Source: an uncultured delta proteobacterium
GTDB lineage: Bacteria > Myxococcota_A > Polyangia > Palsa-1104
Length of the DNA: 64,000 nt
NCBI GenBank assembly: GCA_963785725.1
Contig: CAWAWS010000007.1
Coordinates: 256,001-320,000 of the forward strand
Direction: 5' to 3'
A model generated the notes under the pieces. It did not search any database. It saw only the letters and a program-made list of their open reading frames with translations, and was not told the origin of the DNA. Both the position numbers and the translations under genes were made by a program. The number at the start of each line of letters is the position of its first letter. Position 1 is the first letter of the stretch. This document shows, in pieces, positions 56,069-64,000 of this stretch.

Positions 56069-56721
56069 TGCGGCGGACGATCGAGGACGTCCTCGTCGAG
56101 GCCGGGCTCATCGACGAGGCGCGGCTCCGTCACGTGCGCCGCTACGCGCGGCACAACGGCGTCTGCTTGGCGCGCGCGCTCGTCGAGAACGCCAGCGTCG
56201 ACGAGGAGCTGCTGGCGGCGACGATGGCGCAGACGTTGTCGCTGCCGCGCGTGGATTTGGCGCGCGAGCCGGTCGACGAGGACGCCGTCCGCGAAGTGCC
56301 GTACGACCTGGCCGACGGTCGCCGCCTCTTGCCCATCGGCATCGAGCGCAGCGACAAGCGGCGCGTCATTCGCGTGGCCATGGCCGATCCGCTCGACTTC
56401 GACGCCACCGAAGAGATCGAGATGTCGACCGGCTGCACCATCGAGCCGCTCGTCGGTCGCGTCGGCGAGATCGGCGACGCCGTGATGCGCTATTACCGCG
56501 GCGTCATCACCAAGATGATCCCGCGGAAGCCTTACTTCGGCGCGACTTTGGCCGCCAACGCGCAGCCGACGACGCAGCCGCATCGCAACATCACCGACGA
56601 AGCGACGCCCGAAATCGGCTTGCAGGCGCTGATCGAGCTGCTCGTCGAGCGTGGCCTCGTCGATCGCGACGCGTGGACGGAGGCCGTGCGCCAGCTCATG
56701 AAAGAGCGGGCCGGCGAATAA
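56068..56721 (+). CDS. Stand-alone MshEN/T2SSE_N domain protein
   Basis: I..VLVEAGLIDE..L, VAMADPLD; no ATPase domain. Confidence 0.75.
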   Translation: MRRTIEDVLVEAGLIDEARLRHVRRYARHNGVCLARALVENASVDEELLAATMAQTLSLPRVDLAREPVDEDAVREVPYDLADGRRLLPIGIERSDKRRVIRVAMADPLDFDATEEIEMSTGCTIEPLVGRVGEIGDAVMRYYRGVITKMIPRKPYFGATLAANAQPTTQPHRNITDEATPEIGLQALIELLVERGLVDRDAWTEAVRQLMKERAGE

Positions 56722-56799
56722 AAGGCGCGTCGGTCGCGTACAAACGCGAATGACGCTGTTTTGATTGCGCCGCGTGGCGTCGTGCTATGCTCCGCGACC

Positions 56800-57759
56800 A
56801 TGCGAAGGCTGCGGAACTGCGCGGCGCTGTTGGGCTTGAGCGCTCTCGTCTTCGTCGCCATCGGCAGCGCCGCATCGGCCGCCGAACGGGTGGCGGCGCT
56901 CGTGCCCCAAACGCGACCGGCAGCGGCGACGGAAGTGCGCGACCGTTTTCACGAGGCGGTGACGCGCGGTCTGCAAACCGGCGGCGACGAGGTCGTGCCC
57001 GCGGCCGAGGTGCGGCTTCGGCTCGGCGCCGTGACCGAGATGCTCGAGTGCGACGGCGCGGTCGCGTGCGTCGCCAGCGTCGTGCAGGCGCTGCATGTCG
57101 CGCACGTCGTCGCCAGCGACATCGAGATCTCGGGCAAGGACTACGCGATCAAGCTCCGGCTCTTGGATCAGAGCGGTCGCGAGCTGGCCAAGGTCGACGA
57201 GCCTTGCGACATTTGCACCGTCAAAGAGGCGGACGAAGCGGTGTTGCGCGCGGCGACGAAGCTGGCGACGGCGGCGAAGGCGTTGCCGGCCGAGATCAAG
57301 CCGGTCGAGCCGGTGCCGCCGCCGAAGCCGGAAGCGATCGTCAAGCCCGAGCAGCCGCCGCCGCACGTCGAAGAGGCGCCGCCGCAGGCGACGCCGACGC
57401 CGGCGCCGCTGAGTGATCCGCTGGCGCTGCAGCCGCAGCCGGAGAAGAGGGGGTTTCCGTGGCGGCCGGTCGCGATCGCGTCGCTGGCGGCGGGGGTCGT
57501 CGGCTTGGCGGTCGGCATTCCGCTGCTCGCCATCGACGGCGATCCGACGTGCAACAAGCCCAACCCGCGCACCAGCTGCCCCAACGTCTACAACACGGTC
57601 GGCGGCGGCGCGACGCTGCTGACGCTCGGCATCGCCGGCGTCGCGGCTTCGGGCGTGCTGTTCTATTTCGACCATCGCGCGCGGAACAAAGCGCACCCGA
57701 ATGTCGTCGTGATTCCAACGGCTGGCGGCGCTTTCGTGAGCACGGGCGGCCACTTCTGA
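56800..57759 (+). CDS. Exported/membrane hypothetical protein
   Basis: Signal peptide, CDIC, Pro-rich linker, hydrophobic C-terminal segments, terminal GHF. Confidence 0.7.
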   Translation: MRRLRNCAALLGLSALVFVAIGSAASAAERVAALVPQTRPAAATEVRDRFHEAVTRGLQTGGDEVVPAAEVRLRLGAVTEMLECDGAVACVASVVQALHVAHVVASDIEISGKDYAIKLRLLDQSGRELAKVDEPCDICTVKEADEAVLRAATKLATAAKALPAEIKPVEPVPPPKPEAIVKPEQPPPHVEEAPPQATPTPAPLSDPLALQPQPEKRGFPWRPVAIASLAAGVVGLAVGIPLLAIDGDPTCNKPNPRTSCPNVYNTVGGGATLLTLGIAGVAASGVLFYFDHRARNKAHPNVVVIPTAGGAFVSTGGHF

Positions 57760-57781
57760 TGTTTGCTAGGATTTGCCCAGC

Positions 57782-60530
57782 ATGAGGCATTGCACCCAAT
57801 GCGGCGCGTCGACGCCGGACGATGCGCGCTTCTGCCCACGCTGCGGCGCGGCCGTGGCAGCGGCGGCGACGAGTGACGCTTCGTTGGGCAAGGTCATCGC
57901 CGATCGCTACTTGCTCGTCGAGAAGATCGGGCAAGGCGGATCGGGAACGATCTATCGCGGCGAGCACACGACGCTGCGCAAACGCGTGGCCGTCAAGGTG
58001 TTGCACGCGCAGCTCTCGGCCGACGATCGCGCCATCGAACGCTTTCGCCGCGAAGCGACGACGGTGGCCGAGCTCGACAACGAGCACATCCTGCAGGTGC
58101 TCGACTTCGGTCGCACCGACGACAATCGGCTCTTCTTCGCCATGGAGTTCTTGGAAGGCGAGCCGCTGACGAAGCTGATCGAGCGCGACAAGTGGCTGAC
58201 GGTGCCGCGCACGACCGACATCCTCGGGCAGATCGCCGAAGCGCTGATGGAGGCGCACAACCTCGGCTACATCCATCGCGACTTGCGGCCGCGCAACGTG
58301 TTCCTGACGACGAAACGAGGGCGCGCCGACTTCGTCAAGCTGCTCGACTTCGGTCTGTCGAAGCTGATCGTGCCCAACTCCGAAGCCAAGCAGACGGCGA
58401 TGGGCATGACGTTCGGCGATCCGCGCTACATGTCGCCCGAGCAGGCGCGCGGCGAGACGCTCGATCGTCGCTCCGACATCTATTCGTTGGGCGCCATCGC
58501 GTTCGAGATGCTGGTCGGGACGCCGCCGTATACGGGCTCCGGCACGTTCGAGATCCTGCAGCAGCACTTGGATGCGCCGGTGCCGAGCGTGCGCGAGCGG
58601 CGCGCCGATTGTCCCGAGTGGCTCGATGCGGTCGTGCGGCGCGCGCTGGCGAAGAAGCCCGCCGGCCGCTTCTTGACGGTGGCGCAGGTCATCGACTGCT
58701 TGCGGACGCAGACGGCGCCGCCGGCGTTGGATGCCGCGCAGCAGGCCGAGCACGCGAAGCTGACGTCGGAAGCGGCGCGCAGCAGCGACGTGACGATGGG
58801 CAAGGTAACGCCGGCGCCGCTGCCGCCGGCCGCGAAGCCGGCGCCGGTGGCAGTCGCGCCGGTGGCAGCCGGTCCGGCGGTGCCGAATGCGCCGGCCGTC
58901 AAAGCCGCGGCGACGAGCGGGCCGTCGAAGACGGTGCCGATGCCGACGGCGCTGGCGGCGGCGTTGGCGGCGCCGGCCGCACAACCGGCGCCGGCGGTGA
59001 GCACGCTGGCGGCGGCGATGGGCCCGCCGACGAATGGCGCGTCCGAGCCAGCCGCGCGGTCGCCGCGCGAGACCCAGTCGATGATGGCGGCGCCGAAGCA
59101 GGCGCCGGCCGCGCCGACGCCGGCCGCGCCCGTCGCTGCGCCGGTTGCCGCTGCGCCGCCCGCGCCGAAGCTGCCGGAAAAGGTCGACAAGCCGGAGAAC
59201 AAGAAGCCGAAGCCCGATGCGCGGCGCGCGCCGGCCGATGTGCCGTCGGCGGCGCAGTCGGGCAGCGTCGACATGACGCCGGCGTCGACGCCGCAGCTCG
59301 ATCCGCAGAACGTGCCGTCGGTGGTCGTCGAGTCGGCGTCGGGCGAGCGGACGGTGCCGGTCAAGCTGAGCCATTTCGTGGCGGCCGCCGCTGCGCCGTC
59401 GGTCGACGAGTCGCGCGCTGTCGCACCGCCGCCGCCGCCACCGCAAGTCGTCGAGCCGGTGCGCAAGCATGACCGGCCGCCGACGGGCGAGTGGTTCGCC
59501 AACGAGTCGGAGCCGCTGCGTGGCTCATCGACGTCGGCTTACGACGATCTGGACGAGCTGCCCAAGAACAACAAAGGGCCGGTCATCATCGGGATCGTCG
59601 CGGGCGGCTTGTTGCTCGCGGTCGGTGTCGTCATTCTGTTGTTGCCGAAGCCGGTGCACAAGCCGTTGCGCGGCGAAGAGGCGCTGGCGACGAACGCGGC
59701 GCCGCCGAGCGGTGTCGCGAGCGCGCCGACGCCCGCTGCGCCGACGCCGCAGCCGGTCGCGGCTGCGCCGACGCCCGCTGTCGAGCCGGCGACGACGCCG
59801 CCGCCGGCCGTTGCCGCCGCGCCAGTTTCACCGCCGCCCGTCGCCAAGCCGATCGTCGCAGCGACACCGCCGGTGACGAAGCCGACGCCGGCGCCGGAAA
59901 AGCCGGCCGTCGTGGTCGCGCCGCCGCCGAAGTCGGAGCCGGTCGTCGCGGCGCATCCGGTCGCCAAGGAGCCGCCGGCGCACGTCGAGAAGGTGGAGCC
60001 CAAGGCCAAGCCGGTGACGCGCGTGGCGTCGACGACCCGACCGGCCGCGCCGCCGCCGCCGAGCGATCGGCCGACGTCGAGCGCCAAGCACGACAAGTCG
60101 ATGCCCGAAGGCTTCAAGGATCCCTTTGCCAGCGAGCCGGCGTCGGCCAAGAACGAAGCGGCGCAAGCCGACTTCTTCATCAAGCTGGGCCGGCAAAAGC
60201 TGGGCGCCAGCGATTCTGAGCGGCGCGGCCACGAACTTCAACAAGGCGCGCGAGTTCGATCCGCGCAGCGCCGACGCCGTCGCCGGGCTCGGCGAAGTGG
60301 CGTTCGAGCAGGGCGACTACTCGGGCGCGGCCGTGCACTTGAAGCAGGCGCTACGGCTGTCGCCCAATCGTCCGCGTTATCTCGTGCTGCTCGGGCAGGC
60401 CTACTACAAGCTCGGCAAGCCCAAGGACGCCGTCGGCGAATACAAGAAAGCGCTGCGCGCCGATCCCAGCAACCAAGAGGCGCAACACTCGCTCGACGTC
60501 GCCGAACGCAAGCTTCAATCGGGCGGCTGA
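57782..60530 (+). CDS. Hanks-type protein kinase: zinc ribbon, kinase, Pro-rich linker, TM, C-terminal TPR; +1 indel near 60214
   Basis: CTQC...FCPRCG; GQGGSG, VAVK, HRDLRPRN, DFG, YMSPE; TPR frame continues in ORF 60126..60530. Confidence 0.88.
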
Positions 60531-60590
60531 ACCGCCCAGGCGCGCTCGTCGGCGCCCGAAGCTTCGGCGTCCTCAGACTCCGAGCACGCG

Positions 60591-60743
60591 CTATCTGCGG
60601 CGCTTCGGCGGTGCGATGTACTTATCGCGCTCCGTCGAAGCGACCGTCGGACTACCGTCTCGACGATGCGATACCTTGAGTGTTACGCGGCGGTGAGAAG
60701 CCTTCAGGGTGAAGCGGGGTCGGCCGGGCAGCGGATCACGCAT
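60591..60743 (-). CDS. Unannotated 50-aa basic micro-protein
   Basis: SD GGGAGG; TLKASHRR/TLKVSHRR repeat with mostly synonymous differences. Confidence 0.55.
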   Translation of the reverse strand: MRDPLPGRPRFTLKASHRRVTLKVSHRRDGSPTVASTERDKYIAPPKRRR

Positions 60744-60927
60744 GCAGTGGGGACCTCCCTACCCATGAGTGTTAAGTACGCGGATCTTTCAGGTCAAGTT
60801 TCGTCTTGGTGACTTCGTCGCCGTTACGAGAATCACGTGTAATTCCTCGGCAGTGACTGGCTAGCGACGGCCCCGTGACTATGTTATAGTCCATCAGGAG
60901 CCGTGGGCTGGCTCTTCGGAGAATGAG

Positions 60928-61104
60928 ATGCAGCTCTCGTTCTTGCAAGATCGCGAGTCGGGGGCGGACGAGTGGGAGCCGGAGGAGCTTCAGCTCCCGC
61001 TGGTTGCCCCGTGGCCGCGTCCGCTATCGCCAGTGGCGATCGAGATCGACGCTCCGGAGACCGATTCGGGACGGCGTGGCGTAATCATCATCGACCTCAC
61101 CTGA
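60928..61104 (+). CDS. Unannotated 58-aa acidic micro-protein
   Basis: SD GGAG 6 nt before the ATG; extended -10 TGtTATAGT upstream; MQLSFL...LQLPL...RGVIIIDLT. Confidence 0.65.
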   Translation: MQLSFLQDRESGADEWEPEELQLPLVAPWPRPLSPVAIEIDAPETDSGRRGVIIIDLT

Positions 61105-61114
61105 GGAACGATCC

Positions 61115-62266
61115 CTGCCGGCCGGCGCGAGCCTCTTCTTCGACGTTTGGGTCAATGGTCCCGCGTCCGCGCCGGACCATCCGCAGCGCCGTGCCGAGCT
61201 TCTGCGGCGCATCGAAGCCGTTCATCCCGTAGCCCAAGCTGATGGCAAGGCGTTCGTCGGTGGCGCGCGGCTGAAGTTGCGGCGCGGCATCGTCGAGGCG
61301 GCGGCGTTGCGCGCGCTCGCCGAGCTGCAGGAGATTGGCGTGCTGGCCGAGGTCGAGGCCAATCGGCCGCCCGACGAAGCGATCTTGTCGCTGGGCTCGC
61401 TCGATCAATTTCACGACTTGGAGTCGGAGCCTTCGCGGCCGTCGGCGGGCATCAAAGTCGACGCCAACAAGCTGACCATGCTCGACGACGATGAGGAGAG
61501 CGTCGTGCGTCCGTTTCAGTCGCGCCAGATGTCGGTCGCTGGGCTGGGCGAAGAGGGCGAGACCCATCGTGAAGCGCGCGCGTCGTCGCTGGGCGAGGAG
61601 GGCGTCACCCATCGCGATGGGCGCGCGCCGTCGCTGGGCGAGGAGGGGGAGACGCGCAAGCTGACCGCGCGCGCGCTCGACGTGCCGACGACGCCGATGC
61701 AGGTCAAGGGCGAGCCGCGGCCGCCGGCGCGCAATCCGTTCCTGCCGCCCGAGCAGACGACGGCGCCGATGCAGCTCGATCGCAAGCCGCTGCCGTCGAC
61801 GCGGGCGCCGATTCCGTCGGCGCGTCTGCCGGTGCCGCCGAGCCCGAAGCCGAACGATGAAGACGCGCTCGGCGTCGAAGGCACGACGTCGAAGTACGTG
61901 CCGCCGCCCGAACGCAGCGAGCGTCACGAGCGCGCCGAGCCCGAGGACGTGGGCGCGCAGCCGGTCGTCGACGGCAACGTCTTGCGGCAAAAGCCGGGGC
62001 TGCGCATCGGCATCGGCGTCGTCGTCGGGCTGGCGCTGGGCTGGATGGTGTCGCAGCCGTACGCCGGGCGCGCCGAGCGGCACGTGGCCGAGCTGCGCAA
62101 CGAAGCCAACAAAGAGCGCTATCGACCGGTCGACGAGGCGCGCGCTCGCGTGGCCGCGCTCGACGAACGCGCCGACGACGAGGCCACGCGTGGCGCGCTC
62201 GGCTCGGCTGCGATCTGGATGCTGGTGGGCGGCGCGACGTTCGCCGCGTGGTGGCGCTTCTCGTAA
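61115..62266 (+). CDS. Membrane protein with N-terminal L7/L12-CTD-like domain, probable CTG start
   Basis: Frame open from 61085 with no ATG/GTG/TTG until 61277; GAGG 8 nt before CTG; two C-terminal TMs. Confidence 0.65.
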   Translation: MPAGASLFFDVWVNGPASAPDHPQRRAELLRRIEAVHPVAQADGKAFVGGARLKLRRGIVEAAALRALAELQEIGVLAEVEANRPPDEAILSLGSLDQFHDLESEPSRPSAGIKVDANKLTMLDDDEESVVRPFQSRQMSVAGLGEEGETHREARASSLGEEGVTHRDGRAPSLGEEGETRKLTARALDVPTTPMQVKGEPRPPARNPFLPPEQTTAPMQLDRKPLPSTRAPIPSARLPVPPSPKPNDEDALGVEGTTSKYVPPPERSERHERAEPEDVGAQPVVDGNVLRQKPGLRIGIGVVVGLALGWMVSQPYAGRAERHVAELRNEANKERYRPVDEARARVAALDERADDEATRGALGSAAIWMLVGGATFAAWWRFS

Positions 62267-62284
62267 CCGACGACTGCGGGCTGC

Positions 62285-63190
62285 TTATTCGCTCTGCACG
62301 AGCGCGCGCTCTTCGGCGTCAGCGCGCTCTTGCCGCTTCTTCCCGACGACCCACGCGACCAAGATGCTCAAGTTGTAGAGCACCGTCAGCGTGCCCGTCA
62401 TCGCCAGCTGGCCGACGACCATGTCGCCCGGCGTCAACACGGCGCCCAAGATGGCGAAGATCACGACGGCGTAGCGATTGAACTTCCACAGCTGCTTGGC
62501 CGACACGATGCCGAAGATGGCCAAGATCGCCAGCAGCAAGGGCAGCTCGAACACGGCGCCGAAGACGAGCAGCAGCATCGACGTCAGGTCGAAATACTCG
62601 TCCATCTTCAGCATCGGCTTGATGTCGAAGGGCAGCGACAGCTTGACGTCGACCGCCTTGCCCATGACGTCTTTGATGATGCCCATGCTCTCGGCCGCGT
62701 AGCTCAAGAAGTATTGATAGGAGGCAGGCAGCACGTAGATGTAAGCGAAGGCCGCGCCGCCGACGAACAGCACCACCGACGCCAGGATGAAGCCGACGCC
62801 CCACTTGCGCTCGCGATCGTAGAGGCCGGGCGAAATGAAGCGCCAGATCTCGCGGAACACGAACGGCGACGCCAGAAAGATGCCGGCGAACAGCGCCAGC
62901 TTGAAGAGCACCATGAAGGCTTCGTGCGGCGACGTGAAGATCAGCTGCGGCCGGCCGATGCCGACCTCTTGCTCCGCCTGCTGCCAGGCGCTGATGAGCG
63001 GCCGCGCCATGAGCGCGAACAGATCTTTACGGAAGCAGTAAGCCACGACCGTGCCGCAGAGGACGGCGATCGTCGAGTTGCGCAGGCAGGTGCGCAGCTC
63101 GGCGAGGTGAGCCAGAAACGGCATGCGCCGATCGTTACCGTCTCCTTCGACGGCAGCGGTGTCGGGTGTCGCTGGCTCAGGAGCGGCCAT
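62285..63190 (-). CDS. tatC: Twin-arginine translocase TatC
   Basis: MPFLAHLAELR, WRFISPGLY..E, FGAVFELP, A.LTP.D. Confidence 0.95.
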   Translation of the reverse strand: MAAPEPATPDTAAVEGDGNDRRMPFLAHLAELRTCLRNSTIAVLCGTVVAYCFRKDLFALMARPLISAWQQAEQEVGIGRPQLIFTSPHEAFMVLFKLALFAGIFLASPFVFREIWRFISPGLYDRERKWGVGFILASVVLFVGGAAFAYIYVLPASYQYFLSYAAESMGIIKDVMGKAVDVKLSLPFDIKPMLKMDEYFDLTSMLLLVFGAVFELPLLLAILAIFGIVSAKQLWKFNRYAVVIFAILGAVLTPGDMVVGQLAMTGTLTVLYNLSILVAWVVGKKRQERADAEERALVQSE

Positions 63191-63582
63191 CAGCTCTTCT
63201 TTTCGTTCGTAGCCGTGGCGGCCGGCGTTTCGACGGGCGGCGTGACCGCGACCATCGGCGGCACGGCGGTGCCCGACGGCAGCGTGTCGGCCGCGGCGGC
63301 GACCGGCGTCGGCGCGATGCCGGCGGCAGGCGCGGGCGGCATCTTCATGACCGACAGCTGATGCTGCGCCGGCTCGTCACGCAGCGCCGACTGCAGCTCG
63401 CGCAGCGGCTTCTTCACCTCTTCGTCGATCTCCAGCTGATCGGTGAGATCGCGCGTGGCTTTGCGGAAGGAGCGAATCGCCTTGCCGAGACTGGTTGCGA
63501 CGTCGGGGAGCCGATTGGGTCCCAGCACGAGTAACGCGATGGCGAGGATGATGATCAGCTCGCCTGGACCGAGACCAAACAT
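63190..63582 (-). CDS. tatB: Twin-arginine translocase TatA/TatB family (TatB-like)
   Basis: MFGLGPGELIIILAIALLVLGPNRLP...LGKAIRSF. Confidence 0.85.
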   Translation of the reverse strand: MFGLGPGELIIILAIALLVLGPNRLPDVATSLGKAIRSFRKATRDLTDQLEIDEEVKKPLRELQSALRDEPAQHQLSVMKMPPAPAAGIAPTPVAAAADTLPSGTAVPPMVAVTPPVETPAATATNEKKS

Positions 63583-63637
63583 GCAAACGAGTGTACGCGA
63601 GGGTCGAGCGCGGCGCTACTGGGGGTATCGCTGGGAA

Positions 63638-64000
63638 CTAAGCTCCCACTGCCCGCGCCGCATTGGTCCGGCGACGCGCGAACGCCAACATCTCCATGGC
63701 TTTCGCCAGCTGACCGAAGCGCTCTTCCTGTTTCCGCGTCAGCTCGCGCAGCTGCTCGACGGCCTGGAGAATCTGTTCGCCCCCACGCGTTTGCTCGCGC
63801 TGCGCCGTGTTGAGCTGCGAGACCATCTCGTTGATCGACTCGATCGACTTGGTGATCTGCTTGCCGCCGCGCGTCTGCTCTTGCGACGACCGCTCCACGT
63901 GCTTCGTAATCGCCTTCATCTTCTCGGCCGAGCGAATGATCTGCTCCGAGCCCTTGGCCTGCTCGCTCGTCGCCGACGCGATCTGCTGCACGGTCTCGGC
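63638..64000 (-). CDS. Methyl-accepting chemotaxis protein, C-terminal part
   Basis: Repeated ATSEQAKGSEQI / SSQEQTRGGKQI methylation helices. Confidence 0.8.
   Translation of the reverse strand, partial: AETVQQIASATSEQAKGSEQIIRSAEKMKAITKHVERSSQEQTRGGKQITKSIESINEMVSQLNTAQREQTRGGEQILQAVEQLRELTRKQEERFGQLAKAMEMLAFARRRTNAARAVGA

Noticed and set aside
60216..60679. C-terminal tail of ORF 57773..60679
   Set aside because: Out-of-frame product of the indel near 60214; the TPR-coding frame ends at 60530

Overview
High-GC bacterial chromosomal segment, almost certainly Myxococcota: mglBA next to recR-ybaB-dnaX, a zinc-ribbon/TPR membrane protein, Cys-rich Pal, several PilZ proteins and a Hanks-type kinase. 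It is mostly core genome: slt, tam, mglBA, recR, ybaB, dnaX, SRP RNA, a five-tRNA cluster (all four tRNA-Ser plus tRNA-Arg(ACG)) containing tadA, selB, an NtrC-type regulator, MATE, pal-cpoB, thiE, uvrB, a carboxyltransferase (pccB-like), pspA, uppS-cdsA-hemE, tatA/B-tatC and a partial MCP. The one mobile element is a complete IS4-family insertion with a 10-bp target duplication. Eight single-base insertions (dnaX, pccB x6, kinase) look like read or assembly errors. No CRISPR, prophage or recognisable defence system was seen. The best leads are: (i) an orphan PqqD-like/membrane-fusion protein translationally coupled to mglA; (ii) a divergent pair of unannotated micro-ORFs at 60.6-61.1 kb, followed by a probable CTG-initiated gene; (iii) pervasive leaderless gene architecture; (iv) a kinase with HRDLRPRN/GDPRY motifs; (v) a tRNA-linked hairpin element; and (vi) a structured uORF leader before a four-helix-bundle gene. 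All family assignments are by-eye motif recognition, not database searches.
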